64,000 nt of DNA from Candidatus Woesearchaeota archaeon (GCA_038868995.1 JAWCRZ010000004.1:4967-68966); one strand, 5' to 3'; shown: positions 26,005 through 36,256, numbered from the stretch's first letter. Notes: generated by a model from the sequence alone, not told the origin. Program-made: numbers and translations.

Positions 26005-26803
26005 GCTTGCTCCAGGTTGCGATTATCATATGCAGTCGCGCAAAGGCGAGCGCGGGTATTGTTATGAACAGTATGATTGCCAGTGCAATGAGGGGTTTGG
26101 TTGCAAGCCAGTTGAATGGCAGCGAGCACGCGATAAACAGGATGATTGTATTGACGAGGAATGCAGGAATGATTGTTTTTGCATGTTTGATGCCATAGAT
26201 GAACGTGTTCTTAAAGGTTTGTTGCGACGGTATGAGGGCAAAACTGACCTGGCTGAAGTAAAAGATTGCCAAAAAGACGACATACATGAACATTGTGACC
26301 CAGAACGGGCTTATAATAGGGAGTATTGTTGTTGTGCTTCCTGTGCCTATGCTGTAAAGTGAAAATGCAATTATGAGCACGATAAACCAGAACAGGCACA
26401 ATAATGGAAACTTAATCAGCACTGTCTTGAATGGCATTTTTTTTAGTATGCTTTTGTGGGATATGTACCATAATGGTGTTCTGAAAACTGCAAATGCTGC
26501 GAACAAGCTGGTGATGAAAAAGCCCATATGGGCGAGCAGCTCGTGGTATGCCGTCATGAATTCCTCATTCTGCGCCAGCAGTCCTTCCAACTGGTAGAGT
26601 TCTGTCTCCTGCAGTTTTTCCACTTCTTTCGTCATTATTTCACCTGCTCTTGCTGCCGCTTCCGCGCTTGGCACGAAATATGTCAGGTGTATTTGCGTGA
26701 GCACGAACAAAAACACAAACTCTATCAAAACTATCCATATCAAGTACTTCTTGTTTTCCTTAAACGCCAGCCAGGCACGGGGGAGTGTTTGGGATAAAGT
26801 CAT
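25997..26803 (-). CDS. Module B3: polytopic membrane protein (counterpart of A4)
   Basis: About six hydrophobic helices with a helical loop after TM1. Its start abuts the B2 stop (TAAATG). Confidence 0.6.
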   Translation of the reverse strand: MTLSQTLPRAWLAFKENKKYLIWIVLIEFVFLFVLTQIHLTYFVPSAEAAARAGEIMTKEVEKLQETELYQLEGLLAQNEEFMTAYHELLAHMGFFITSLFAAFAVFRTPLWYISHKSILKKMPFKTVLIKFPLLCLFWFIVLIIAFSLYSIGTGSTTTILPIISPFWVTMFMYVVFLAIFYFSQVSFALIPSQQTFKNTFIYGIKHAKTIIPAFLVNTIILFIACSLPFNWLATKPLIALAIILFITIPALAFARLHMIIATWSKHG

Positions 26804-29800
26804 TTAGTTCACCCAGTTCGTATTAACTGGCGGAGTCTTCGGCATTGGATTGGCGGGATAACACATATTTTTGGTATCACTGTCGCCAAAGTTTGGGTCA
26901 CTGTATAGATACTGGTGAACATACTGCATTTCTCTCCTGCCATTCTTCACGGTGAATTCTGGCACCAGATACGCTGCTCTTCCGTCGTCTCCAAATATGT
27001 CGTTGTCGACGCAGGTTACTCGTGGCATGAATGTTTTGCAGTTGTCCTCGCACACGCCTCGCTTGACGGAATACTCAATCACGTCATCGCAGTCTTCGCC
27101 GACTAGATCGTAGCAGAAGTCTTTAAGATTCTTATTGAAGAATATCTTATCAGACGGAAGTCCCTCATATCCCCAGTAAACAGTATAATCTTTGGGATTG
27201 TACCCTATCCACTCATCAGCTGCTATAACTATTACATCTCCGTTCTTTTTATCACAGATTTCGCCTTGGTCGATAGCGCCGTTGCCGCAGGTTGTTGTTT
27301 GTGGTGGGGGGGTTATTGCTTGTTGCGGCGCGGGTGGCTGTTCTTCCACCGCTTCTTTGACTACCTCTTCTGTCTTCTTTGGCACCAGTCCAAGGTCCTT
27401 ATTTAGAGCATTAACTGCAAAAGCGCGCATTATTTTGATACCGTCGAGTTCAAAGGCGACTTGGGAGAGAGCTGCTCTTATATTTTCTGGAGTTGGGCCT
27501 CCAGGCCCGGTCGGAGCACGCTGCGACATTGCATTAAGCCGATACTTGATATCATTCAACCTGTCTACAGAAATCGGTAGGCCGTAAATTGCTATTATAG
27601 ATCCAGGAGGAACTATCGTCTGCACCTTTCTCTCTAAGAAGTTCTTCACTTCTATAGGTACCTCTGTATTTTGTCCTTCATAGGACTTAACAAGCGAGGA
27701 TAACCCTTGTATTTCCAGTTCTTTAGCTTTGATAAAGGACTCTAAATCATTTATAATCTGCCTCGAAGTGAGACTTTGCTGTAACTGGTCGTCACTTTCT
27801 GCCAGTTTTCCTGAAAGATAATTTGCAAAAATATCGTCCTGGTTTCCAGCGTTTTCTATTTTGTCTCTTAGATCGCGGAGCCTTTTGGTAATGGTTTCTC
27901 TAACGACACAACACTTTTTGCCATCTGGGCAATAGATGTAGCTGCCAGTGTGTTCAAAAGAATTGCCTGTGCATTCGGAATCGCATTTGTATAAATCTCC
28001 GTTCTTTGTGCCGCTGCAGTAATTTGCGGCTGGTAGCTTCCAGCAGGTTTGGGTTGTAATGGTCCTGCATTGCTTGCTTGCGTCAGTTATCCAAGGTCCT
28101 GTAAAGATGTCAGCAGAGCATAGATAATAATTGCCTTCAGCGTCTGTTTGTTTGTCCGGGCATGCTTCTTTCTCTCCAGCCGCTGCCGGCAAGAGCGCCA
28201 GAAGCTCGCTTTTCTTGTCTATCGCGTTCGCCAGTATCGGCCTAAACTCTTGCAATTGTTCTCTTATTGCAGTGACATCAGTTGTCTTTGATATTTCTTC
28301 TCTTGCTGAATTCGCACGGAACGGAACGTTTGCCGCTTTGAAAACTGCAGTTACTTGAATTCCAAGAATGCCTTCAAGCTGCGGAATTTCTCCAAGCACC
28401 GCGTATAGTTGATTTGCTGCCTTTGATATACTCTGCAATTCTGTTTTTCCTTCAAGGTTTTTCAAATATTTGGTCTGTAGAACTGCCGCGTCAGCAAGTT
28501 CTGTTGACGCGATTGTGCTGAGCAGTTGCTGTATTGCCATTGAATTCTCTATCTTTATGTCTCCTTCCAGCCATTTGTTAACGTCTGCAAGGTGCTTTTC
28601 TTGTCTTTGCTTGAACGTTGTAACATCCGTTCTCAGTCCCGCCAGTATTTCTGCCAGCCCGAGTATTCCTTCCAGTGGCTCGAGCTCTTTTGCTGTCGCG
28701 CATATTGCGTTGAATGGTATGGTGAAGATTGCTTCTGCTCCCGTATACGGGTCTATTGAGACCTGGTCTGTTGGGCTTCCGTATTGGTCTGCGTCAAATG
28801 CCATTAATTGCATGGTAAACTGTTGTATTGGTCTGTTTTTTACGTCGCCAGCGCACGGGTCTGCTGCGCGTGGTATGTTGAGGTCTATGTGGAGTTGTAT
28901 TGTTTCGTCTGTTGTTGGCAGGACTGCGTCTGGCTTGAGGGTTATTGTAAGAGTGTCTTGTGGGATTGGCGCTTGTCCTGGCGCTGGCGTTATTTGCGGT
29001 GTGCAGGTGATTCTGTTTCCTGCTGTGCCTGTGCAGAGCGCTGGCTGTGCAACATAAAATCCTCCTTTTTCTCCGCCAAGTGTTGTGCTGACGCCTGCAG
29101 TGTATACTGCATAATTCACTTTGTCTGCTTGTCTTGTCAGCTCAAGCACGTATTGCTTGCGTGTTGTTACCGGCCCTGCAAGGCCTACTAATTGCACATT
29201 GTCGATTATTTTGTTGTCGGATATCGCGCTTGGGTTTTTGTTTGTCCATTGCCTGATTGCGAATGGCTTTCCTGGTTCTGTTGTGGTGAACCATTCTTTT
29301 TTGACTTCTATTGGCACGTTATCTGCTGCAAGGCGTTTTGTGTAGTCGCCGTTTGTCTGCAGCAAAATGAGCCCTCTGTCTTTGTTTGTGGCAAGTTCTC
29401 TTCCGCCAGGCCCGATTATTGTGTACTGCAGGTATTTGTTGTATTGTTCTCCTCCCGGGTAGTCCTGCTGCAATGATACGCCGATGTTGAGGTTTTCCTG
29501 GATGCCGTAGGCAGGTCCTTTGTCTTTTAGGTTGTGCGGGTATTCTACCTTGCCCTCTTTGAAGCGTATTCCTCCCGCCGCTTCTCCGAATGAGCATCTG
29601 AAGCTTACTGTGAATGGGTCCCATCTGCAGAACGCTGGCAAGCTGCCGCCTCCGCCTGTCTGCCCGATTGAGCAGGGCTCTGTTTTGTCTTCGCGCATCT
29701 GCTTGTTGGCTTCTTTCCACCTGTACAGCAGATATGCTTTGTCGTAGCGGACATTGCTTTCCCCGCTTCCTGCCTGCATTGTGTAGAATATTTCCTCGCT

Positions 29801-32800
29801 CAGTATTTGGTTTTTCTTTGCGCGAGCTGGCAGGTTCTCTGGCCTGATTACGATGTCGCGCTTGCCTTTGCCTTGGCAGTCGCATCTTCCGTTTTCAAAC
29901 CCGTCTGATTCTTTGCAGCTGTAGTCGTCGCTGCATACCAGGTGGAGTTCTACTTCTGCGTCCGCTCCTGCTGCGAAGAATGCGCCGAAGTGGTACACCC
30001 AGGTTACCAGTCCGCCTGGTCGTGTGGATGGGTTGAATGCTACAAATCTTCTGTTGCATGGCGTCAGTAATGCCTGGCTGTTTAGCGGGATATCGTCTAC
30101 CGACTGGTCGAAGACTGCTCCAAGGTCGAGGTTCCACGTGCCTGTGAATGCCCACATGCATATCGAATGGACGAGTTTTCTGTCTACAAAGACCGCCTTG
30201 TACATGCCTGTTTCGCCGTATCTTCCTTCCACTTCTCTTGACATTTCGCTGCCTGCTGCTACAAGCGCTCCCATTATGTCTCCGCCGCCTTCGCGTTCTA
30301 TTCTGCCTTGTCCTGTGCTGAATTTTTGGGTGAAGCAGGCAAGCGCGTCATACAACAAATCACACACGTATTGGCTTACCAGTGCCTGGCAGACGCCGTT
30401 TTCGCCGTCCCCTGTCAGCAATATCGTGTCAACGCAGCTTTTGACCGCTCCCATAATGTTGCGCCAGAGCTTTAGGTAGCCGATTATTGTTGGGAAGCAG
30501 AGGCATCTGATTGAGTTTACCAGTCCGTCGTTTGGTTTGATGATGTATTCTTTGTCTGGTGTGCCTATTGCTGCAATGACTTGTGCGTATAGTGATTTTG
30601 CGTCAAACTTGCTTGAACCGCTTGCCTTGCTTAAGTCTTCGGCAAATTCGTCGGGTATTGCGCCTGTTTTCCTGTACTTGTCTATTGCCTCTTGTTTGAA
30701 GTTTCTTTCTTGGAAGTCCTCAAATCCAGGGTATTCGACAACATCAAGTTTTTCTGTTAGTTTGGAGCGTTCGCTTGTTGCAAGCACGTCTGGCTTGTCG
30801 CTCTTTTGGAATTCGAGTGTCTTTACGATAATTCCGAGCTTTATTGAATATCCTTGTGATGCGCCTCTCGTGAGTATTCCTTCGAGTGCGTTTTCTCCTC
30901 CTTTTTCCTGCACTATGATGTAGAGTTCTTGGCTTTCTGCAAATTTTTGCAGTTCAAGGTCTTCTGCTACATTGGAGGATATTGTTGTAACTCTAATCGG
31001 CGTCAATGGTGGCATTCCGTTTTTCTCGCAGAAGCCGCCAAGGGCATTGAGGAGTTTGTTGCACTGCACCGGTTCTCCGTCTTGTCCTTCAATCTCGTTC
31101 TTTCCTATCTGTTGTGCCGAGAGGCAGGTGCTTTCTTTTATTTCGTCAAAAGTGTCAAGTCCTTGTCCGAGCGCGCTGACTCCGCAGGCAGAGCTCCATT
31201 CCTGCATGTATTCGTAGCCGCAGCATTCTGGTGTTGCCGGGTGCAGGCCTGCGCAGTTCACTCCTTCTCCTTCTCCAGCAGTGTCTGATTGGTGTTTGAG
31301 CCAGTCGTTGTAAATGCCTTGTATTTGTGTATTGGTGAAGAACAGTCGTGGTGGGATTATGATTCTTTTTGCCCGTGTCTCCCTTGCTCCAATGTCGTTT
31401 GCGTTTTTGAGCACCCAGGCGGCGCAGTCGCTGCCTGTGTAGAGTTTTCCGTTTACGAGGTAGTCCTTGAATTCTTCTTTGGCATTTTCTGCTTTTACTT
31501 CTGTTGGTGTTTGCCTGCCGCGTGTTCGCAAATAATATTGCAGTGATGGGGCTGCCGGGCACATTACCCTGTCGCACACTTGCCTGTATGTTCTGACGAA
31601 TTTTTTGCGGTAGTCCTTCCATTTCGCGCAGGTGTTGCAGTTTTCTGCTGAATCGCTTCCTGCACCGTATTCCGCGTCGCACGCGTTTATTGCTGCCACG
31701 TTGACGTCAAATGCTCCTTCCCCTCCCGAGAGGATGTCTGTGACTTTTTTGAATTCGCAATTGTACTTTTCAAGGAATATTGGCACGTATGAGAGGAATT
31801 GTCCTGCTACGCAGGTGTAAAAGAGGTATTTTCCAATTGTTTGTATTGGCGTGAGTATTTTGTCTATGCCCTCAACTATTTTGCCGAGTGTTCTGCTTAC
31901 TGTTTTTAGCATTCCTGAAGGAAGCACATCTGGCGGTATGCGCCGGTCGATTGCAATGTTGACGTCTATGCACGTCCGTTGTGTCAGGTGCTCGACCACT
32001 TCTTTTTCAAGCGTGCCGGCCACTTTCGGGTCGTACGCCATTTTCATGCTTGTCTCTGTGAAGGGTATTTCGAGCTCGATGAACAGCTTCATGCAGCCCA
32101 AGCCGGGCACGCAGTCGCCGAGCCGGTGATTTGATATTCTTTCTTCCCGCTCAAACATTGTTGCGTTTGCCGGCGCTTGCTCTGTTTTGCCGTCTTTTTC
32201 AGGCAGTTCCCAGGGATCGTCGATTGGCTGGAAGTTTATCTGTATGTAGCCGACGCCTTGGGGCTTGGCGGCGCGTTGTGCCCTGACGTTTGGCGCTCGA
32301 ACCTGGATGAGGTTGTTGTCGTATTCTTTTCTGACGTCTGGCGCGAGAACAAGCGGCTTTACTCTGATGTTTCTGGCATCTATTGTTGCTTTTTGGCCCC
32401 CGCGATACGTGTAATTAAATGCAATGCCTACTTGTTGTATTCCTTCGATGAGCAATCGCGGGTTTAGTATCTCAGGCATCGGCTCGCTTAATTGCACGTC
32501 TATCCACGTTCCGCTGCCGCAGATTGCGTATGTTATTTCGACTTCTGGTGTGCTTGCCTTCAGTCCTGCTGCGTCGATTGCTTCAAGGCGGACTTTGCTT
32601 TTCCATTGTATTCCTGCGTCGATTGATACAGCGCTTCCGGTTATTGATGTTTGCCCTGCCTTGGAGCCGATGGGTCTTTCGAGCTTTACTTTGATTGAGA
32701 AGCTTCCATCCGCGTCTGTTGTCACAGTTTTTTGAGGTCTGCCGTTTACGAATGCTGTGACGCTTCCAGGCTCTGAAAGTTTTCCTTTGACTTCCACTTC

Positions 32801-33451
32801 CTGCCTGTATGATGGTGATAGTTTGTCGAGGTTGGTTGTTTCAAAGCGTGGCGGTCCTGTGTCGTACACCACTCGCTCCTCAACGACTGTTCTGAAACCC
32901 GCTTTGTCGATTGCGATGAACGTGACCATGTTCTCTCCGGGTGTGAGGGCTACCTGGACTTCATTGCTGCCTGCTTGCAGGGTGTGGTTTTTTGGTGTTG
33001 CGTTGCCTGCCTGCACAGTCAGGTTGACCGGCTCTGAGAGTTTGACTTTTGCAGTTGCAGTGGCCGTAGTGACAACCGGCGGTATTGTGATATTCATCAG
33101 CGGCGCTGAATTGTCAACATCCGCCTGGTATGTCTGCGTTGCTGTTTCTCCTGCAAGTTCTGCTTTGACGACTATTGTGCTGCTCGGCTGGAGTGGTACG
33201 TTTTTGAAGAGGAATGTGCTTCCTTCGATTATGTCTTTTTTGGTATCCACTCCGTTGATGGTTATGGTGACTGTTGCGCCTGGCTTTGTTGTTCCGGGGA
33301 TGTCTATGTTTGCAATGCGTGGGTATCGTGGAATCGTTGCATTGACGAAAAGCGGGGTTTCCGCTGCCTGCCCGTTGGTTGCCTGTGCTTCGACTATTGG
33401 AAGCATCACGATGAGCCATGCAAGGCATATTGCAATTATGTTTTTGTTCAT
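26804..33451 (-). CDS. Module B2: giant (2215 aa) secreted Cys-rich protein
   Basis: An uninterrupted 6.6-kb ORF with the signal peptide MNKNIIAICLAWLIVMLPIVEAQA. It has N-terminal Ig-like beta-rich domains and a Cys-patterned core shared with A2. It also has a helical LEGILG-repeat region and one C-terminal CGNGAIDQGEICD repeat. Confidence 0.85.
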   Translation of the reverse strand: MNKNIIAICLAWLIVMLPIVEAQATNGQAAETPLFVNATIPRYPRIANIDIPGTTKPGATVTITINGVDTKKDIIEGSTFLFKNVPLQPSSTIVVKAELAGETATQTYQADVDNSAPLMNITIPPVVTTATATAKVKLSEPVNLTVQAGNATPKNHTLQAGSNEVQVALTPGENMVTFIAIDKAGFRTVVEERVVYDTGPPRFETTNLDKLSPSYRQEVEVKGKLSEPGSVTAFVNGRPQKTVTTDADGSFSIKVKLERPIGSKAGQTSITGSAVSIDAGIQWKSKVRLEAIDAAGLKASTPEVEITYAICGSGTWIDVQLSEPMPEILNPRLLIEGIQQVGIAFNYTYRGGQKATIDARNIRVKPLVLAPDVRKEYDNNLIQVRAPNVRAQRAAKPQGVGYIQINFQPIDDPWELPEKDGKTEQAPANATMFEREERISNHRLGDCVPGLGCMKLFIELEIPFTETSMKMAYDPKVAGTLEKEVVEHLTQRTCIDVNIAIDRRIPPDVLPSGMLKTVSRTLGKIVEGIDKILTPIQTIGKYLFYTCVAGQFLSYVPIFLEKYNCEFKKVTDILSGGEGAFDVNVAAINACDAEYGAGSDSAENCNTCAKWKDYRKKFVRTYRQVCDRVMCPAAPSLQYYLRTRGRQTPTEVKAENAKEEFKDYLVNGKLYTGSDCAAWVLKNANDIGARETRAKRIIIPPRLFFTNTQIQGIYNDWLKHQSDTAGEGEGVNCAGLHPATPECCGYEYMQEWSSACGVSALGQGLDTFDEIKESTCLSAQQIGKNEIEGQDGEPVQCNKLLNALGGFCEKNGMPPLTPIRVTTISSNVAEDLELQKFAESQELYIIVQEKGGENALEGILTRGASQGYSIKLGIIVKTLEFQKSDKPDVLATSERSKLTEKLDVVEYPGFEDFQERNFKQEAIDKYRKTGAIPDEFAEDLSKASGSSKFDAKSLYAQVIAAIGTPDKEYIIKPNDGLVNSIRCLCFPTIIGYLKLWRNIMGAVKSCVDTILLTGDGENGVCQALVSQYVCDLLYDALACFTQKFSTGQGRIEREGGGDIMGALVAAGSEMSREVEGRYGETGMYKAVFVDRKLVHSICMWAFTGTWNLDLGAVFDQSVDDIPLNSQALLTPCNRRFVAFNPSTRPGGLVTWVYHFGAFFAAGADAEVELHLVCSDDYSCKESDGFENGRCDCQGKGKRDIVIRPENLPARAKKNQILSEEIFYTMQAGSGESNVRYDKAYLLYRWKEANKQMREDKTEPCSIGQTGGGGSLPAFCRWDPFTVSFRCSFGEAAGGIRFKEGKVEYPHNLKDKGPAYGIQENLNIGVSLQQDYPGGEQYNKYLQYTIIGPGGRELATNKDRGLILLQTNGDYTKRLAADNVPIEVKKEWFTTTEPGKPFAIRQWTNKNPSAISDNKIIDNVQLVGLAGPVTTRKQYVLELTRQADKVNYAVYTAGVSTTLGGEKGGFYVAQPALCTGTAGNRITCTPQITPAPGQAPIPQDTLTITLKPDAVLPTTDETIQLHIDLNIPRAADPCAGDVKNRPIQQFTMQLMAFDADQYGSPTDQVSIDPYTGAEAIFTIPFNAICATAKELEPLEGILGLAEILAGLRTDVTTFKQRQEKHLADVNKWLEGDIKIENSMAIQQLLSTIASTELADAAVLQTKYLKNLEGKTELQSISKAANQLYAVLGEIPQLEGILGIQVTAVFKAANVPFRANSAREEISKTTDVTAIREQLQEFRPILANAIDKKSELLALLPAAAGEKEACPDKQTDAEGNYYLCSADIFTGPWITDASKQCRTITTQTCWKLPAANYCSGTKNGDLYKCDSECTGNSFEHTGSYIYCPDGKKCCVVRETITKRLRDLRDKIENAGNQDDIFANYLSGKLAESDDQLQQSLTSRQIINDLESFIKAKELEIQGLSSLVKSYEGQNTEVPIEVKNFLERKVQTIVPPGSIIAIYGLPISVDRLNDIKYRLNAMSQRAPTGPGGPTPENIRAALSQVAFELDGIKIMRAFAVNALNKDLGLVPKKTEEVVKEAVEEQPPAPQQAITPPPQTTTCGNGAIDQGEICDKKNGDVIVIAADEWIGYNPKDYTVYWGYEGLPSDKIFFNKNLKDFCYDLVGEDCDDVIEYSVKRGVCEDNCKTFMPRVTCVDNDIFGDDGRAAYLVPEFTVKNGRREMQYVHQYLYSDPNFGDSDTKNMCYPANPMPKTPPVNTNWVN

Positions 33452-35478
33452 GTGAAAGTTGGTTCCAGGTTTTCGTGCTTTGTTTCGTATAGGAACAGGA
33501 ACATTTGCGCCTGTTTTTCTCCTGTGTCAGGCAATGGCCTCCATTCGAACACGTTGAAGACGACTTGTTCCGCCTGTGCTATCTGCTCGTATGTTATAGT
33601 GATGTTTTCTGCGTGGTAGCCGCCGACTACAGTGTTGCCTTTGAATAGGAGGATGTCGATGTCGTATCTGGCATCGTCGTAGACAAACTCTATTTCATCT
33701 TTTGCGACGTCAGACACGTCTGAAATGTCTGTTGTTCCGTCCGCCTGGAACTGGGTTGCGTTTGCCGGGTAGCTCTTGTACTGGTCAAAGCTTTGGTTTC
33801 TGAGTGATATCGCGACAGTTGCATGGGTTGTTTTTGGCAATCTGTTGTAGACGTCTCCCAGCCATCTCTTGTTTATTGAGTCATACGGGTGGACTGATAT
33901 TGTGTAAGGCAGTTTTTTCAGGCGCGTGAGCATCAGTTCAACGTTGTCGGTTGTTGCGTATTTGCTTGCGGACAGGTAGCCCTCTTTTTGTGCTGTTATG
34001 CGCGGGTTGGCGCAACCCTCTGGCAGGTAGCTGCGCAGGCGTATTACTCCTGTGCCGTCGCTGTACGTCTTGCCCAGCAGGCATTCTTGATTCATGCATG
34101 TGTATGTTATGTTTGCTTCATCAAGTTCTTCTGCTACCAGTCCTCCTTCGACAAAGCCCTTTGCCCTTACTTCGATTGATTGTGTTCCGAAGTTTGTGCA
34201 GAAGTCCGTGCCTTGGTCGGGAATGGTAAAGCGCTTGATGCCGAAGAACGTTCTGGCTTCCTCGTTGTCATTGATAATTACAGGGAATCCCATTTGGAAG
34301 ACGTAGCCCTCGCCGTTAAAGGCAGTGTCGTCTTTTACCTGCATTTTGACCGGGTAAATGACGTCGTAGGTGAAGTGCCATTGGTTTATGCAGAGGAATC
34401 TGAGGTACTTTCTTGCTCCTTTTACGTTTGCCGTGCTTAGTATTCCTCCGCTGCTTGGCTGTGCGTTGACAAGCAGGGGCCAGTTTGGCAGATATGTGAA
34501 TGCGACTTTCAGGTCTGTCCGTTTTGCTCCCACGTCAAGCATCATTCTGTTCATTTCAAACACGTCTGCTGGCGGGTTTTCAGGCCAGTCGGGCTCTCTG
34601 TTTGCTTCAAGGTCTTTCCTGATGTCCTTTGCGTCTGCTTTGAGGCTTGCATATGTTCGCAATGACGCAATTGGGGGAGGGTAGTTGGTGTTTGCTACTC
34701 TGATGAGTGGCAGGTTGTAGTAAAGAATTTTTTGAAGTTGTTTTTTGATGTCTTGTATGTGCCATTTCTTTGTCGCGCAGCTGATTTCCATTCCTGAGAA
34801 TGGTATTTTTTCGTTTGCTGTCATCAGGTCTATTGTCAAATTCTCAAACCATCCCTGCCTGTTTTCTGTTTCCATTGTCTGCCTGGCGAGCTCGTGCATT
34901 GCTTTGAGCTTGAGTGGGAAGCTGACTATGAACTCGTTTAATTGCATAAGCCGGTTTTGCACTGTCACTTCAAGCTGCCATTTGACTTCCACAATTACTT
35001 CTTCTTCTGTATATGTTATGACTGGCAGGATGTCGCTTTTTGGGGTTATGGTGAATCTTTCTTTGAACGCTTCAAAGTTGCCTGTGCAGGCAGGCAGGTT
35101 TTGCTTTACGTGGACTGCGAGTTCGCGTTGCATGAATTCAAGTGTTGGCGTTCTGTCTTCTCCTTCGTAATACCATAGTGGCGTTTTTGCTATGCCTGCC
35201 GGGTCTGCTGGTATGAACGCGTTTGGGTTTTTGTCGATAATCGGGGGTATGTTGATGTAGCCGCCTTGCGCTCCTTGCAGGATAAGACCATCTTTGGCTA
35301 TTTGCTCTGTGCACGTGGCAACGTAATCATATATTTGCTGGACTTCTTCAGGCACTGCCACTATTCTTTTTATCGGGGCTGTGACTCGCTGTTGGTAGAA
35401 GTATATGCCTATGGCTATGCTGAGTACAAGGATTATTCCGATAATGATGAATATCGTAATTTGTCCTCTTTTTTTCAT
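33448..35478 (-). CDS. Module B1: 676-aa protein with a class III (prepilin-like) signal, paralog of A1
   Basis: The N-terminus is MKKRGQITIFIIIGIILVL. An ATGA overlap joins it to B2. It is collinear with A1. Confidence 0.8.
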   Translation of the reverse strand: MKKRGQITIFIIIGIILVLSIAIGIYFYQQRVTAPIKRIVAVPEEVQQIYDYVATCTEQIAKDGLILQGAQGGYINIPPIIDKNPNAFIPADPAGIAKTPLWYYEGEDRTPTLEFMQRELAVHVKQNLPACTGNFEAFKERFTITPKSDILPVITYTEEEVIVEVKWQLEVTVQNRLMQLNEFIVSFPLKLKAMHELARQTMETENRQGWFENLTIDLMTANEKIPFSGMEISCATKKWHIQDIKKQLQKILYYNLPLIRVANTNYPPPIASLRTYASLKADAKDIRKDLEANREPDWPENPPADVFEMNRMMLDVGAKRTDLKVAFTYLPNWPLLVNAQPSSGGILSTANVKGARKYLRFLCINQWHFTYDVIYPVKMQVKDDTAFNGEGYVFQMGFPVIINDNEEARTFFGIKRFTIPDQGTDFCTNFGTQSIEVRAKGFVEGGLVAEELDEANITYTCMNQECLLGKTYSDGTGVIRLRSYLPEGCANPRITAQKEGYLSASKYATTDNVELMLTRLKKLPYTISVHPYDSINKRWLGDVYNRLPKTTHATVAISLRNQSFDQYKSYPANATQFQADGTTDISDVSDVAKDEIEFVYDDARYDIDILLFKGNTVVGGYHAENITITYEQIAQAEQVVFNVFEWRPLPDTGEKQAQMFLFLYETKHENLEPTFT

Positions 35479-35493
35479 TGTATTTTCCTTTAA

Positions 35494-35544
35494 TGGCAAA
35501 AAAGAGACCAGCCGGGGCTTTGCTTCGGCGCTGCCTCTTTTTTT
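35494..35544 (-). terminator. Hairpin plus T-run after vapC (terminator-like)
   Basis: The minus strand reads AAAAAAAGAGGCAGC...GCTGGTCTCTTTTTTGCC, with AAAAAAGAG/CTCTTTTTT arms plus an inner CAGC/GCTG pair. It lies between the vapC stop and the B1 start. Confidence 0.3.
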
Positions 35545-35549
35545 ATGAT

Positions 35550-35963
35550 TTATATCAATGCTTTTTCGATTGGTTTTCGTGTTATTTCTTTTATCTTGTC
35601 AAAATTTGCGTCATTGCTTATCATTGTCTTTATTCCACGGGAGCGCATGGTTGCATAATGAATCGCGTCGCGCGGATGCAATTCTGAGTGTGAAAAAATG
35701 TCAACTGCCTCGCTTATTACAGAATGAGAGGCATCGCAGACATCAAGATTTCTTAATGCAAGGATTGTCCTTGCAGTTGCTATTGCCTGTTCTTTTCCTC
35801 CTATTTTTTTGACAGCCCACATAACTTCACCAACCGTCAGAGCTGACGTGCAAGCAAGCAGTTTTCCTGTCTCTATTGCATCAATTATTCTGCGTGCTTT
35901 CTGCCCAAGCGCTCCTTGGTCCAATGCCGCTGTTGCAAAAACATTTGAATCGATGTAAATCAT
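35550..35963 (-). CDS. vapC: PIN-domain ribonuclease toxin
   Basis: It starts MIYIDSNVF with the conserved Asp and ends ...SNDANFDKI. It is 137 aa and overlaps the antitoxin by 4 nt. Confidence 0.85.
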   Translation of the reverse strand: MIYIDSNVFATAALDQGALGQKARRIIDAIETGKLLACTSALTVGEVMWAVKKIGGKEQAIATARTILALRNLDVCDASHSVISEAVDIFSHSELHPRDAIHYATMRSRGIKTMISNDANFDKIKEITRKPIEKALI

Positions 35964-36226
35964 AATTTTATTCCCGCCCTACGTGCACGTTCTTCATATT
36001 CTTCTATCGCATGCGTGTTTATTTTGACGCTTTTCTTGCCTATGCTTTTCGCTATTTGTTCGAATGCATGGGCAGCATTGATTTTTTCCTCCTTCTTTAC
36101 AATGAGCTCACCTTCTTTTTCTATGAATGTGACCATGCTTCCGGGCGCGATTTTGTATTCATCCCTGAACACTTTTGGAATTACAACCTGCCCTTTTGGT
36201 CCAACTTTTGTTTTGACTTCAACCAT
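35960..36226 (-). CDS. vapB: AbrB/SpoVT-fold antitoxin
   Basis: It has VGPKGQVVIPKVFRDEYKIAPGSMV, a swapped-hairpin AbrB-type motif. It is 88 aa and lies directly upstream of the PIN gene. Confidence 0.8.
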   Translation of the reverse strand: MVEVKTKVGPKGQVVIPKVFRDEYKIAPGSMVTFIEKEGELIVKKEEKINAAHAFEQIAKSIGKKSVKINTHAIEEYEERARRAGIKL

Positions 36227-36228
36227 TC

Positions 36229-36256
36229 CTTACCTCCGGTAAGAATAATTCTTACC
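36229..36256 (-). promoter_or_regulatory. Candidate VapB operator: three GGTAAG/CTTACC half-sites including a perfect 9+9 palindrome
   Basis: GGTAAGAAT-A-ATTCTTACC lies at 36238-36256, with an extra CTTACC at 36229-36234 overlapping the SD region of vapB. Confidence 0.5.

Noticed and set aside
32757-33455. 232-aa plus-strand ORF antisense to the 5' end of the 2215-aa gene; similar cases at 41239..41946, 28470..29057 and 30024..30479
   Set aside because: These are antisense ORFs within very long, clearly coding minus-strand genes. They are Ser/Val/Cys-rich with low complexity and have no promoter or SD context.
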